Origin: Candidatus Ozemobacteraceae bacterium
GTDB lineage: Bacteria; Muiribacteriota; Ozemobacteria; Ozemobacterales; Ozemobacteraceae
DNA: 56,992 bases
Assembly: GCA_937998695.1 (NCBI GenBank)
Contig: CALLCO010000118.1
Coordinates: forward strand, 1 to 56,992
Direction of reading: 5' to 3'
This document shows positions 18,850-28,742 of the stretch, piece by piece. The notes under the pieces were generated by a model, which saw only the letters and a list, made by a program, of their open reading frames with translations, had not been told where the DNA came from and did no database searches. The first letter of the stretch is position 1, and each line of letters starts with the position of its first letter. Made by a program: the position numbers and the translations under genes.

Positions 18850-20577
18850 TCAGTATTCCCCCATCATGATGAAGCGGGCCCAGTACAAAGGGCTGAACGA
18901 GCTGCCGGCAAAGATGCCGGCCAGCAGCGACAGGCCAGCCGTCACGAGTGGGGGGGCCAACAGGAGGGGGGAAATCTCCCACGCTGCCGTGGAAGTTGAA
19001 GCGGGGCTCAGCCCGCCAGGGACGGACGGAGACCCTTCGGAGCCAAAAACGATGGCCGTGGGGGCTCCCGCCTCATGCGAGGCGCGGTGTTTCCCCCGGG
19101 TGGGGGGCATCAGAGGTTCCCGCGGGAGTTTTGCGGGTGGGTTGGCGCAGGTTTCGGTAGCGGACGGCCCTCCCATGTTGGCTGGCGAATCGGGGGGAAA
19201 GTGGATGGAGGTACCAGGAAAGGGGGCCCCGTGGGTCGCCGGCCATGGGCTGGTCCGCTCTGCAAACCAGCCGGCGTACAGGATCGGCAGGAAATACCCG
19301 GCGTTGAGCAGACTGCTGAGGGCGAGCACGGCGATGACCCAGGGCATGCCGGCCTCCAGGGCACCCCAGCCCAGATACCACTTGCTGACGAAGCCGGCGA
19401 CCGGCGGCACCCCGATCATGCCGAGTGCGCCCACCGTGAAGGCCGCCATGGTCCAGGGCATGCGGCGGCCCACCCCGTCGAGCTCGCTGACCCGGTGCAG
19501 GCCGAGTTCTTCGGCGAAATTCCCGGCGCAGAAGAACAGGGTGATCTTCATCAGGCCCTGATGCACGAGATGGACGATGCCGCCGATGGTGGCCTTGGGT
19601 CCGAAGACGGCCGCCCCCAGTACGATGTAGGAGACCTGGCTGACGGTCGAGTAGGCGAGGCGCCGCTTGAGGTCGTCCTGGGTGAGGGCGCGCCACGATC
19701 CGAACAGGATGGTGAGGGCGGCGAGCCCGGCCAGCGGCTCGAGCACTCCCAGCCGCTCGCAGAATTCGATGCCGAAGATGTCGTAGACGACCCGCACGAT
19801 GCCGAACGCCCCCGCCTTGACCACAGCCACGGCGTGCAGCAGGGCGCTGACCGGGGCAGGGGCGACCATGGCGCCGGGTAGCCAGCCGTGCAGAGGGACC
19901 AGGGCCGCCTTGACCCCGAACCCGAGCACCAGCATGGTGAAGATGAGCCGCAGATCGTTGTGCGTCCCGGCCTCGAGCGCGGACAGGCCGCCGCGGGCCA
20001 CGAAATCGATCTCGCCGACGAGGGTCTGCAGCCAGACGACCCCGAGCAGCAACAGGGCGCCACCGCCCAGGGTGTAGACCAGATACCGGTTTCCCGCCGC
20101 GATGGATGTCGGATTGCCGCGATGGACGACGAGGGGCCAGGTGGTCAAAGACAGGAATTCGTAGAAGATCAGCAGGGTGATCAGGTTGCCGGCCATGGCG
20201 ATGCCGATGGTCGTCGAGACGCACAGGCTGAAGAACCCGAAGAAGCGGCTGCGATGCGGGGAATGTTCGAGGTAGCCGATGGCGTAGATGGTGGTCAGGA
20301 ACCACAAGACCGTCGACAGGCCGGCGAACAGCAGCGACAGAGAATCGGCGTGCAGCTTGAAGGTCAGACCTGGCATCAGCGGCACGTGGAAGGCGATCTC
20401 GCGGCCGAGATGCACCTCGTAGAACAACACCCCCATCAGGACGATCTTCAGCACCGCGCCCAGCATGTTCCACAGGGTGCGCCACCCGTGCGACTCCTCG
20501 GCGAGGAAGAAGATGGCGATGGCGGGGCCCGCCGAACTGGCGATCATCAACACCGGCAGCCATTTGTACCAGTTCAC
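18850..20577 (-). CDS. mrpD: MrpD/NuoM/N-like antiporter subunit (second copy)
   Basis: GFGVKAALVPLHGWLPGAMVAPAPVSALLHAVAVVKAG and YSTVSQVSYIVLG motifs. Four-nt overlap with the upstream gene. Confidence 0.8.
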   Translation of the reverse strand: MNWYKWLPVLMIASSAGPAIAIFFLAEESHGWRTLWNMLGAVLKIVLMGVLFYEVHLGREIAFHVPLMPGLTFKLHADSLSLLFAGLSTVLWFLTTIYAIGYLEHSPHRSRFFGFFSLCVSTTIGIAMAGNLITLLIFYEFLSLTTWPLVVHRGNPTSIAAGNRYLVYTLGGGALLLLGVVWLQTLVGEIDFVARGGLSALEAGTHNDLRLIFTMLVLGFGVKAALVPLHGWLPGAMVAPAPVSALLHAVAVVKAGAFGIVRVVYDIFGIEFCERLGVLEPLAGLAALTILFGSWRALTQDDLKRRLAYSTVSQVSYIVLGAAVFGPKATIGGIVHLVHQGLMKITLFFCAGNFAEELGLHRVSELDGVGRRMPWTMAAFTVGALGMIGVPPVAGFVSKWYLGWGALEAGMPWVIAVLALSSLLNAGYFLPILYAGWFAERTSPWPATHGAPFPGTSIHFPPDSPANMGGPSATETCANPPAKLPREPLMPPTRGKHRASHEAGAPTAIVFGSEGSPSVPGGLSPASTSTAAWEISPLLLAPPLVTAGLSLLAGIFAGSSFSPLYWARFIMMGEY

Positions 20578-22295
20578 TTGAGTATCTCCGAGCCGGGCAG
20601 GCGGGGGCCGGTTTCGGGAGCGCCGATGGCGATCATCTGCAAGGGATGGAGAGCCAGCAATCCCAGCAGGAAGGCGGTCATGGCGAGAGTCCAGGTCGAC
20701 CAGACCAGCCCCCGATCGGGAGGGGCGGCCTCGGCGGGCACGGCCGTCATCGCGGCCGAGATCGCCGCGGCAGGAGGCGCGGGAGTGGGATGGCGGGAGA
20801 TGCCAGGGTCTGGCGCCGACGTGGTCGGAGGGGTGAAGGAGGTGGTGGGACCCTCGGTGGGCGCGGTGGGACCGGTCGCCACGGTGGCAGGGGCGGGGAA
20901 GGTGTCGCCGGCGGCTTTCGGAGCACCGTCAGGGAGAACATGGGATGGAGCTGTGATCGATGCGAGATGAGGGGCGAAGGTGGGCGATAGCCCGTCGGCC
21001 ATGGCGCGGGCCAGGATCTTGAAGACGTAGGCACCGGCCAGCAAGCCGCCCACCGCCAGAACGCCGGCCCAGAACCACTGCCGTTCCCGGATGGCGGTGT
21101 CGATCAGCAGGTATTTCCCGACGAACCCGCCGCTGGGTGGCAAGCCGATCAGACTGACCCCGGCGACCCCGAACGAGAAGACGATCTGGGGCAGCCGCTG
21201 GGCGCACCCCGCCAACCGGTCGAGCGAGTCGTGGCCCAGCGTCCGTTGGACGACCCCGGCGCCCATGAAGAGGGCGGCCTTGGCGAAGGCATGCGACAAC
21301 GCGAAGAAGACGACGGCCTGGAGGGCGGGGGTGACATCCTCGGGGTGCATGCTGAGGGCGAAGAACACGAACAGGTAGCCGAGCTGGGCGACCGTGGAGT
21401 AGGCGATCAGCAGTTTGAGCCGGTCTTGTCGCAGGGCCAGCAACGACCCGTACAGGATGGCGCCGGCCCCCAGCAACCCCAGCAACGGTCCGGCCACATG
21501 GGTATGCAGCACCCCGGGAAAGATCCACAGCCACATGCGCAAGGCGATGTAGAACGATGCCTTGACCATCAGCGATGAGAGGAGGGCGCTGACCGGGGCG
21601 GGGGCATTGGCGTGGGCCCGGGGCAGCCAGAAATGCAGGGGGAAGATCGCCGATTTGAGCATCAGGCCGGCGGTGACGAGAGCGAGCGCCATGGCGGCGC
21701 GGGGGCCCTCGGTGAGCACGGTGCGCAGGAACACCCAGTCGAGGGTGCCGCTGGCGCTGTAGATCATGGCCACCCCGAGCAGGTAGCACATCGAGCCGCC
21801 GAGGGCGGCCAGCAGGTAGCGGAGGGCGGCGGAAAAGGCGTCAGAAGTTCCGGCCAGGGCGATCAGCGCCACCGAGAGCAGGCCGAGCAGTTCGAGGGTG
21901 ACGTACATGTTGAACACGTCGGCGGTCAGGAAGAGGTTGTCGAGGGCGGCCCAGACCAGCAGCAGCAAGGGCCAGAAGTGCGCCGCCGCCGGGCGGCCGC
22001 GGAAATAGGCGAGCGAGTACCATCCGATGCCGGCGAGCAGGGCCCAGGTCATGGCCAGCATGATGAACCCGGTGCCGTCGAGGTAGAAGTCGATGCCCAG
22101 CGGCCAACCCCACCCGCCGATCCGGTAGCGGAAGACCCCGGTCGCGATCAATCGCTGGTAGAGGGGAATGAGGAGCCCGCCGACGCCGGCCAGGCAGCCG
22201 CTGAACAACCAGGGGGCGAGGCGGTACGGCAGCAGCAGGCTGGTCAGGGCGGCCAGCAGCGGAAGCAGGACGACCAGAACAGGGGCGTGGTTCAT
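20574..22295 (-). CDS. MrpD/MrpA-core-like antiporter subunit (first copy)
   Basis: KSAIFPLHFWLPRAHANAPAPVSALLSSLMVKAS and YSTVAQLGYLFVF motifs. ATGA overlap with mrpC. Confidence 0.8.
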   Translation of the reverse strand: MNHAPVLVVLLPLLAALTSLLLPYRLAPWLFSGCLAGVGGLLIPLYQRLIATGVFRYRIGGWGWPLGIDFYLDGTGFIMLAMTWALLAGIGWYSLAYFRGRPAAAHFWPLLLLVWAALDNLFLTADVFNMYVTLELLGLLSVALIALAGTSDAFSAALRYLLAALGGSMCYLLGVAMIYSASGTLDWVFLRTVLTEGPRAAMALALVTAGLMLKSAIFPLHFWLPRAHANAPAPVSALLSSLMVKASFYIALRMWLWIFPGVLHTHVAGPLLGLLGAGAILYGSLLALRQDRLKLLIAYSTVAQLGYLFVFFALSMHPEDVTPALQAVVFFALSHAFAKAALFMGAGVVQRTLGHDSLDRLAGCAQRLPQIVFSFGVAGVSLIGLPPSGGFVGKYLLIDTAIRERQWFWAGVLAVGGLLAGAYVFKILARAMADGLSPTFAPHLASITAPSHVLPDGAPKAAGDTFPAPATVATGPTAPTEGPTTSFTPPTTSAPDPGISRHPTPAPPAAAISAAMTAVPAEAAPPDRGLVWSTWTLAMTAFLLGLLALHPLQMIAIGAPETGPRLPGSEILK

Positions 22296-22804
22296 GGCCG
22301 GTGCCTTCCGCCCGGCAGGACGGTCGAGGTGGGGGCCTCGCCGGAAGTGGGGCGGGAAGACCCGCCGGTCGCAGGTAGGGGTTCCTCGCGAAGGATGGCA
22401 TGAGGCGGGAGAGCGGTGAGGGCATCGCCCGAAGAGGTGGCCGGGGGACCGTCTGGTGACCCGGTGGGCTGCTTGGCGGGGTCGAGGGCGGGCAGATCAT
22501 CTTCGGGCAGGGCGAGCCTTCCCGTCGCTTCGTAATACCGCAGCAGGAACGCCAAGCCCATGGCGGTGGCGCTGACCGAGACGACGATCCCGGTCAGGAC
22601 CATGGCCTGTGGCACCGGGTCAGGGGCCTGGGTGACGGGGTCAGGGGAGCGGCGTGCCAGACTGACCAGAATCAGGAAGGTGCCGCTGCTCATGATGTTG
22701 AGCGCGATGATCTTGCGCAGGATGCCCGGGGTGAGGATCAGGCTCGCGAAGCCGATGGCCAGCAGGACGACACCCACCAAGGCATACCACAGAAGGGTGG
22801 TCAT
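22292..22804 (-). CDS. mrpC: Mrp antiporter subunit C (NuoK-like) with Pro-rich tail
   Basis: MTTLLWYALVGVVLLAIGFASLILTPGILRKIIALNIMSSGTFLILVSLA...MVLTGIVVSVSATAMGLAFL. ORF trimmed to the Met at 22804, which is ATGA-coupled. Confidence 0.8.
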   Translation of the reverse strand: MTTLLWYALVGVVLLAIGFASLILTPGILRKIIALNIMSSGTFLILVSLARRSPDPVTQAPDPVPQAMVLTGIVVSVSATAMGLAFLLRYYEATGRLALPEDDLPALDPAKQPTGSPDGPPATSSGDALTALPPHAILREEPLPATGGSSRPTSGEAPTSTVLPGGRHRP

Positions 22805-23751
22805 GGTTCGGCCTCGGGGGTGGGGCGCGGGGTGGCGGGTGGGGTGCCGGCGAGAGAGCCGCCCACGAATAGCAGCACCAGGATGAGCCCGATGGCCAAC
22901 GTTCCGGTGGCTTCGATCAACAGAATCATGGCTCCGGCGTGCGCGGGCGGGAAGGTGAGGAAGGTCTCGCCCCAGGCGAGGCAAGCCAGACCGGCGGCGG
23001 CAAAGGTGAAGATGCCGATGGTCAGGACCAGGCGTTCGGTCAGAACGCCCCAGGCCCTGTCTGGCAGCGCGCCTCCAAGTCGGAGCAGGATGCCGAGGGC
23101 GCCCAGGATGGCACCAGCCTGGAAGGCTCCACCCGGGTGCTCACCGCCCGCCCAGAGGAGATAGCCGGCGAAGATGACGAGGAACGGGGCCAGAACCCGG
23201 ATGAATTCGCGGGCCAGCGGACCCAGGGGCATCGGCGGAGGTTCGGGGACCCGGCTGCCCTGCCGGATCACAAACACCCCCAGAACGGCGATCAACAGGA
23301 CGGTAAGTTCGAGGAGGGTATCGTAGCCGCGAAAGTTGATCAGCACCGCCGTCACCATGCTCTTCGTCCCTGAGCGGGGAAGGTGCTCGCGCACCTCGTG
23401 GAGAAGGCCGGGGGCGGTCGGCGGCAGGCTCAGGATGGCCCAGGCCAGGAGCACCCCGAAGGCCGTGACGCCCACCCCGGTCAGGAGGCGGACCAGGAGC
23501 GAGGGGGCGCGTCCCTCGCCGGTCGGGTCGGCACCTGGGGGGATCTGGCGGGGGGCGCCCCTGGTCGGGTCCACGGTCGGGCCCCATTCCTGGCGCGGGC
23601 GTGGCGGGGGCCCCTCTCGGCCCTCTGACCTGCCTGCAATGGGGTCTGGCGTCGTGCGGGAATCCGTGGTCGCGCGTGGGACCGCCGCGTCCACGCCTTC
23701 CCGAGGAGCGGGCGGAGTGGGGGGGACTTGTCGGTGGCTTCGCCGGCTCAT
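22801..23751 (-). CDS. mrpB: Mrp antiporter subunit B (MnhB domain) with Pro/Arg-rich N-terminal extension
   Basis: TAVLINFRGYDTLLELTVLLIAVLG and GGEHPGGAFQAGAILGA are MnhB motifs. Confidence 0.75.
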   Translation of the reverse strand: MSRRSHRQVPPTPPAPREGVDAAVPRATTDSRTTPDPIAGRSEGREGPPPRPRQEWGPTVDPTRGAPRQIPPGADPTGEGRAPSLLVRLLTGVGVTAFGVLLAWAILSLPPTAPGLLHEVREHLPRSGTKSMVTAVLINFRGYDTLLELTVLLIAVLGVFVIRQGSRVPEPPPMPLGPLAREFIRVLAPFLVIFAGYLLWAGGEHPGGAFQAGAILGALGILLRLGGALPDRAWGVLTERLVLTIGIFTFAAAGLACLAWGETFLTFPPAHAGAMILLIEATGTLAIGLILVLLFVGGSLAGTPPATPRPTPEAEP

Positions 23752-24041
23752 CGGGCGAGGGATTCCGGCGACCCGGGGGGGGCGGTGATCGTCTCTTCCC
23801 TCCAGCGGGCGATGGTGCGCAAACGGCCGGCCGTGTTCAGGAAGAGGGCACCCGTGACGCCGGCGCCGATGGCGGCCTCGGCCAGGGCGATGTCGCCGGC
23901 ATGCAGGCGGGTCCAGGCCAGGGCGGTGAGCAGGCCGAAGACCATGAACAGGATGATGGCCCGCCAGATGCTGCGGGAGGTGGTGACCAGGCCGGCCAGG
24001 ACGATCAGGCTCAGGCCGAGGGCCCCGTCGAGACAGGCCAT
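23748..24041 (-). CDS. DUF4040/MbhD-like small membrane subunit
   Basis: 97 aa. LIVLAGLVTTSRSIWRAIILFMVFGLLTALAWTRLHAGDIALAEAAIGAGV matches the MbhD/MrpA-C-terminal-type pattern. TGATG-coupled on the upstream side. Confidence 0.65.
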   Translation of the reverse strand: MACLDGALGLSLIVLAGLVTTSRSIWRAIILFMVFGLLTALAWTRLHAGDIALAEAAIGAGVTGALFLNTAGRLRTIARWREETITAPPGSPESLAR

Positions 24042-24343
24042 CAGGGTTGCCACGGGCGTTCTCCGGTCTGGAGGGCTTTGGCGGCGATGAGGTGGGAGGT
24101 GGTCGAGCCGGCGCCCATGGCCAGCAACCAGATGGCCACGAGCCTGACAGCTTCGGCAGCCTCCTCGGCCTGCAGGAGAAGGCCCAGCACGACGAGGCCG
24201 AGGCCGAGATTGTCTGATTTGGACAGGGCGTGCAGTCGGGTGAAGAGGTCGGGAAAGCGCCACAGGCCGGCCGTTCCCGCCAGGAAGAAGGCGCAACCGG
24301 CGAACACCAGCACCAGTGAACAGAGATCGCGCAGGAGCGGCAT
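24041..24343 (-). CDS. mrpG: Mrp antiporter subunit G
   Basis: 100 aa. FFLAGTAGLWRFPDLFTRLHALSKSDNLGLGLVVLG is the MnhG/PhaG signature. Confidence 0.8.
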   Translation of the reverse strand: MPLLRDLCSLVLVFAGCAFFLAGTAGLWRFPDLFTRLHALSKSDNLGLGLVVLGLLLQAEEAAEAVRLVAIWLLAMGAGSTTSHLIAAKALQTGERPWQP

Positions 24344-24666
24344 CAGGGATTCTCCTCGGGAGGGGGCGGGCCGGGGTTGCCTTCCCAGCCGCGGGCGACG
24401 AAGGCGATGCCGGCCACCCCGGCCAACAGGGCCAACACCAGTGCGACGTCGAGGTGGCCGGGCAGGGGCAGGCCCGCCCGTCGGGCACCCGTGCCCAGCA
24501 GCAGCAGGGTGGCCACCCCGGCCGTTCCCATCAATTGGGAGGCCAGGATGCGGTCGACGGGGGTTGGCCCCCGGAAGACGAGCCACAGCGAGCACAGCAG
24601 GGCGGCGAGCGCCAGACCGGCCGCCCCCACGAACAGGCTCGGAACGGTCAGAAGGTCAGGCCCCAT
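24343..24666 (-). CDS. mrpF: Mrp antiporter subunit F
   Basis: 107 aa with 3 TM helices. FRGPTPVDRILASQLMGTAGVATLLLL matches the MrpF pattern. Confidence 0.75.
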   Translation of the reverse strand: MGPDLLTVPSLFVGAAGLALAALLCSLWLVFRGPTPVDRILASQLMGTAGVATLLLLGTGARRAGLPLPGHLDVALVLALLAGVAGIAFVARGWEGNPGPPPPEENP

Positions 24667-25144
24667 CGGAAAGCTCCTTCAGGGGCAGGCCGAAGATCTC
24701 AGCCACCCGGGTCTCGAGGTCGCACAGATCCCGGCGATTGTCCTGGGCCCGGTCGAGCACGTGGACCAACAGAAGGTCGTCGCGGGCGGCGGCCGTCAGG
24801 GTGCCGGGGATCAGGCTGATGACCAGCATGAAGAAGCAACGGGCCGGGCCGGGTGGCAGGCGGAGGCGGTAGTCGAGCACCGCGGGGGCCAACCCCGGGT
24901 GTCGCCGGAACGCCCGTCCGGCGACGTCGATTCCGGCCCGCAGGGACTGGGCGAAGAACCAGGGGACGAACCTCCCCAGAGCCAGCCATCGGAAGACCCA
25001 GCACCCGTCCGGGGCGAGGTGCCGGCTGAGCAGGAGCGCGAGGCCGACGGCCGGGGCGCCGACCAGCCAGGAGGCCGGGCTTCCCCCCCCCAGCACGGCC
25101 CACAGACCGGCATATACAGCCCCTTCGAGGAACAACCGCGGCAT
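24656..25144 (-). CDS. mrpE: Mrp antiporter subunit E
   Basis: 162 aa. FFAQSLRAGIDVAGRAF..LISLIPGTLT..LLVHVLD are MnhE motifs. ORF 24656..25639 trimmed to the Met at 25144. Confidence 0.75.
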   Translation of the reverse strand: MPRLFLEGAVYAGLWAVLGGGSPASWLVGAPAVGLALLLSRHLAPDGCWVFRWLALGRFVPWFFAQSLRAGIDVAGRAFRRHPGLAPAVLDYRLRLPPGPARCFFMLVISLIPGTLTAAARDDLLLVHVLDRAQDNRRDLCDLETRVAEIFGLPLKELSDGA

Positions 25145-25441
25145 GCGCTGCCGTTTCCCTTCCACGTCTGGTCGCAGGGCAGTCAGGGTGCCCACGCGCA
25201 GCACCTTCCGAACCCGGCGTTGCCGGGCCCCACCCAGTCGTGTGTCGAACTGTTCAGGATCGCGACCGGCGCACGGGTTGCCGTTGAGCCAGACCTTCGG
25301 GCCATGGCCGGCGCACCTGGAGATGATGCCAAGCGGCACACCGCAGGGCGCCCCGGAACCCCCGCGCACGGCGCGGAACCACCCAAGTGTAGCCAATTCC
25401 CATGACGGATGCAACGCCTGGCGAGCCTGGTGCAGGGTCAT

Positions 25442-25571
25442 TTGAAGCTCACGCGCTTTTGTGCATGGCCAGGGCCTTGGGCCGGTTTTGCCTCCAGATC
25501 CTATTCCGCCGGCTCGAATCGGCCGATGGCGGCCCCGTTGCCTCAGGCTCAGGTCGAATCGGCATCCAACC
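25442..25571. repeat. dispersed intergenic repeat family 1, copy 3 (5' part only)
   Basis: ttgaagctcacgcgcttttgtgcatggccagggccttgggccggttttgcctccagatcctattccgccggctcgaatcgg aligns to 3314-3395. Confidence 0.7.
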
Positions 25572-25846
25572 GATCCCGAGAGCAAGGACCTGCTGTTGCG
25601 GATGGCCAGCGAGGAACTGAAGCACAAGGATTTCCCCATTCGTTGTCACCACGACCCCGGCTCGCCTGAGCTGGTCTTCTTTCCTGCGGGAACGAGGACC
25701 TTGGCTTGACCTAGAGGGTTCCTCTGGACCAGGAGTGATGACGCCGGCCCGCCGGGAGCGGACCGGCGTCGTGACGTGGCCGGAACGACCGGGCCGGATC
25801 GATCAGGCGGTGGCGATCGTCCTCGCTCGGCCTGGAACCGCCGGGG

Positions 25847-26845
25847 TCAGCGGCGGTCGAGGCACTGCAGGGCGGCGTCGAGGCGGCCGAGCACGGCGGC
25901 TTTCTTGGGGTGGTCGACCTTCTGCAGGATGGCCTTGAAATCAGCAACCTCCTGGCGGAAAGCGGGGAAGTCTTCCTTGGGAATTTCGGCCATGGTGTCG
26001 TAGCCCCCCTGCGGTTCGAAGTTGAGCCAGTCCTCGAGCACGGTCAGAACCTCCTCGACGAACAGGCCGTCCGGGTGGCGCTTCAGGTATTCTCCCAGGC
26101 TGAGCCGGGCCCGGGCAATGACGGCGGGAGGATAGCCCTCCGATTCGCCGGGCAGCGGGATGTCGGCGATCTTGCGGGCGAGCCGGTCGCTGAGAACCGA
26201 GGCCGCGCACCGGTCGTGGAGTTCCCACAATGGTTCGGTGCGCGGCAGCCACTGGCCGGCGGGCTCGCTGTAGATCAGCAGGTCGGCGTGCGGCTTGACG
26301 GTCGGGTCCTTGATGGCTTTGTCCTGGTTGTGATCCTTGTCCATCAGACGGCTGGTATACCACGACAGGATCAACGGTTTGTACACGCCGAAGAACAGGC
26401 GATCGTCCTCGGAAACGGCCTTCTTCGCTTGGTCGAGGACCCAGTCGAGAACCACCACGGCATCGGCCGGAACGGTGTCGGTCATCGCGAGGCGGCGGTC
26501 GCAGGCCGCGGCCAGACAGTCGACCGGGCGGGCCGGGTCATACGACATGGTCAGGCCTCCGAACAGCCACCCGGTCTTGCCGTCGGGCAATCTGACCTTG
26601 CGCCAGACGTCCTCCATGCCGGCCACGGTTTCGGGCTTGGCGGTTTTGTCGATGGTCGGCAGGATCTGGCCGAACTTCGTCACGCCGATCTCCCTTCCCT
26701 TGGTGGTTGGTTCGGCCCGTACCCTGACGTTCGAGCCGACGATGAACAGCAGTTCCTCTTCGGCGCAGGCGGGCGAGGGACCGGATACTGACAGGGCGAG
26801 GCAGACGATGGTGCAGACAATGGCGGCGCGGATGGGGGCGGACAT
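25847..26845 (-). CDS. secreted SH3b-domain protein
   Basis: AGGAGGG SD and signal peptide. VGSNVRVRAEPTTKGREIGVTKFGQILP...WRKVRLPDGKTGWLFGG is a bacterial SH3 pattern. The remainder has no recognised family. Confidence 0.6.
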   Translation of the reverse strand: MSAPIRAAIVCTIVCLALSVSGPSPACAEEELLFIVGSNVRVRAEPTTKGREIGVTKFGQILPTIDKTAKPETVAGMEDVWRKVRLPDGKTGWLFGGLTMSYDPARPVDCLAAACDRRLAMTDTVPADAVVVLDWVLDQAKKAVSEDDRLFFGVYKPLILSWYTSRLMDKDHNQDKAIKDPTVKPHADLLIYSEPAGQWLPRTEPLWELHDRCAASVLSDRLARKIADIPLPGESEGYPPAVIARARLSLGEYLKRHPDGLFVEEVLTVLEDWLNFEPQGGYDTMAEIPKEDFPAFRQEVADFKAILQKVDHPKKAAVLGRLDAALQCLDRR

Positions 26846-26909
26846 GGGTCCCTCCTGGGATGAACTTGCCCGGGATCGGCCGTCAGGCACGGCTCCGGGC
26901 GTTTGGCTG

Positions 26910-27362
26910 TCATGAGCGGGAGGGACCGCCCTCTTTGTCGCGGGCACCCTCCCTCTTGTCGGACGGTGGTTTGTGCTGCTCCCGCATGCGGTCGATCAGG
27001 CGCCACAAGCCGATCAGGCGGGCTTCCAGGCGTTCGAAGGCCTCCTGGCGGATGCCGAGGCGGACACAGAGGAGCTCCAGCAGTTCCCGTTCGTTGGGAG
27101 AATACTCGCCGTCGGCGTTGGCCAGGAAGATGCAGTCCTTGATGATCTGCAGCGACGTTTCCGGGGAGATCTCGGCGGCCTCGACGAACGACAGATCGGG
27201 GGGCACCTCGGCCCAGAGCACCCGCTCCTCGAGACCGAGCAGTTCGGCCTGGGCGTTGATGAAATCGATCTCCTCGGGCAGGATCTTGCCGTCGGCCTTG
27301 GCCATCAGGATCAGACAGCGCAGGTAGATACGGCCGAGCGGAGCGGGCAGCTTGGGACTCAT
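26910..27362 (-). CDS. TerB-like (tellurite-resistance TerB family) protein
   Basis: Two LxxADGxxxxxE repeats (LILMAKADGKILPEEIDFI; IFLANADGEYSPNERELL). GGAGGG SD upstream of ATG 27362. Confidence 0.6.
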   Translation of the reverse strand: MSPKLPAPLGRIYLRCLILMAKADGKILPEEIDFINAQAELLGLEERVLWAEVPPDLSFVEAAEISPETSLQIIKDCIFLANADGEYSPNERELLELLCVRLGIRQEAFERLEARLIGLWRLIDRMREQHKPPSDKREGARDKEGGPSRS

Positions 27363-27753
27363 GAAAACCCTCCAGGTCGCCGGATTCGGGGCGGGTTGGC
27401 CCCTTTTCACATCCGGTCGATGTCGCCTTCAGGGTAGTCTCCCACCCGGCCCGACGTCAAGACGAGAGGCCGTGTGGCGACCAGCTGGTGAGGCGAGCCC
27501 ATCCGGATCTTGGCCAATGAACCGCATGAACGCGTTCAGGAGTTTCAGCGGCGGTCTTGAGACTGTGGCGCGAAGGCCCCTCTCTCCATTCCCCTCGCAT
27601 CCTCCCGCGGCCACCGATGGAGGTCACCATTCGCCAATTCTCCTCATTCTCCCAGTTGTTTCAGGCGATCAATTGGGATGCTCGAGTCGCAAAAATGGGT
27701 TCCTGCAACCGGCTCTGAAGTGGTCCCCTGCGAGAATCGCCGGGTTCTTTCTT

Positions 27754-28742
27754 GCTTTTCCACTTGGTTCATGTTAGGCTGGCCTCAGGAGGATGGCGAT
27801 GGCGACAAAGATCCTGATGCCGATGCCGGATTTCCCGGGGGACCTGCCGGAGTTCGAACGGCGATTCGCCGACGAGGCGGCCTGCGCTGAATACCTGCGG
27901 GCCCAGCGGTGGCCGCGGGGGTTCCGATGTCCGGCCTGCGGTCACGACCGGGGCTGGACCAACCGGCGGCGGGCGGTGGAATGCCAGTCCTGTGGGCACC
28001 AGACCTCGTTGACGGCCGGTACGGTCCTGCATGGAACGCGACACCCCCTGCGCCTGTGGTTCCGGGCGATGTGGTGGGTCTGTACGCAGAAGACCGGCCT
28101 GAGCGCGGCCGGCCTCAAGCGCATCCTCGGTCTGAAGAGCATGCAGACGGCCTGGACCTGGCTGCAGAAACTGCGGCAGGCCATGGTGCGCCTGGAGCGG
28201 GAGCCCCTTCAGGGGCGGGTCGAGGTCGATGAGGCCTGGCTGGCCGGGGAGAAGCCCGGCAAGGTCGAGGGCTGGCGCAGCGCCCGGGTGGCGGTGGCGG
28301 TCGAGATGGATCCGGGGGATGGCGAGATGGGCCGGATCCGGCTGCTCGACATCACCCGCTCGCCCGACCGTCTGATGCTCGGCTTCATCCGGCAGGAGAT
28401 CTTCCCACAGGCGACCATCGAGACCGATGCCTGGCCGGGTTACGAGATCCTGGCCGGTGACGGCTACCGGCGGGTGCGGCTGGCCGAGACCGACGATCCG
28501 GCTCACCCGCTGCCGCAGGTGCGGCGGATCGTGACGCTGGTGCGGCGCTGGCTGCTGGGTACGCACCAGGGCCGGGTGGAACGGCGGCACCTGCAGGGGT
28601 ACCTCGACGAGTTCGTCTTTCGCTTCAACCGGCGCAAATCGCCGCAGGTCGGGCTGCTGTTCCAACGGCTGGTGTCGCAGGGGACCCAGGTGCAAGGCCG
28701 TCCCTATCGGCAGTGGGCCGGACATGAGCCAAGTGGAAAAGC
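27754..28742 (+). mobile_element. IS1595-family insertion sequence (989 bp between inverted repeats)
   Basis: 21-bp imperfect inverted repeats gcttttccacttggTtcatgt (27754-27774) and acatgaGccaagtggaaaagc (28722-28742), 20/21 complementary, bracketing the transposase. No target duplication seen. Confidence 0.5.

Noticed and set aside
25179-25194. Sigma-54-like element TGGGCACcctgaCTGCc (minus strand) 35 nt upstream of mrpE.
   Set aside because: The GG-N10-GC spacing fits, but both half-sites deviate (GGGCAC, CTGC), and in GC-rich DNA such matches arise by chance. Kept only as a weak possibility.
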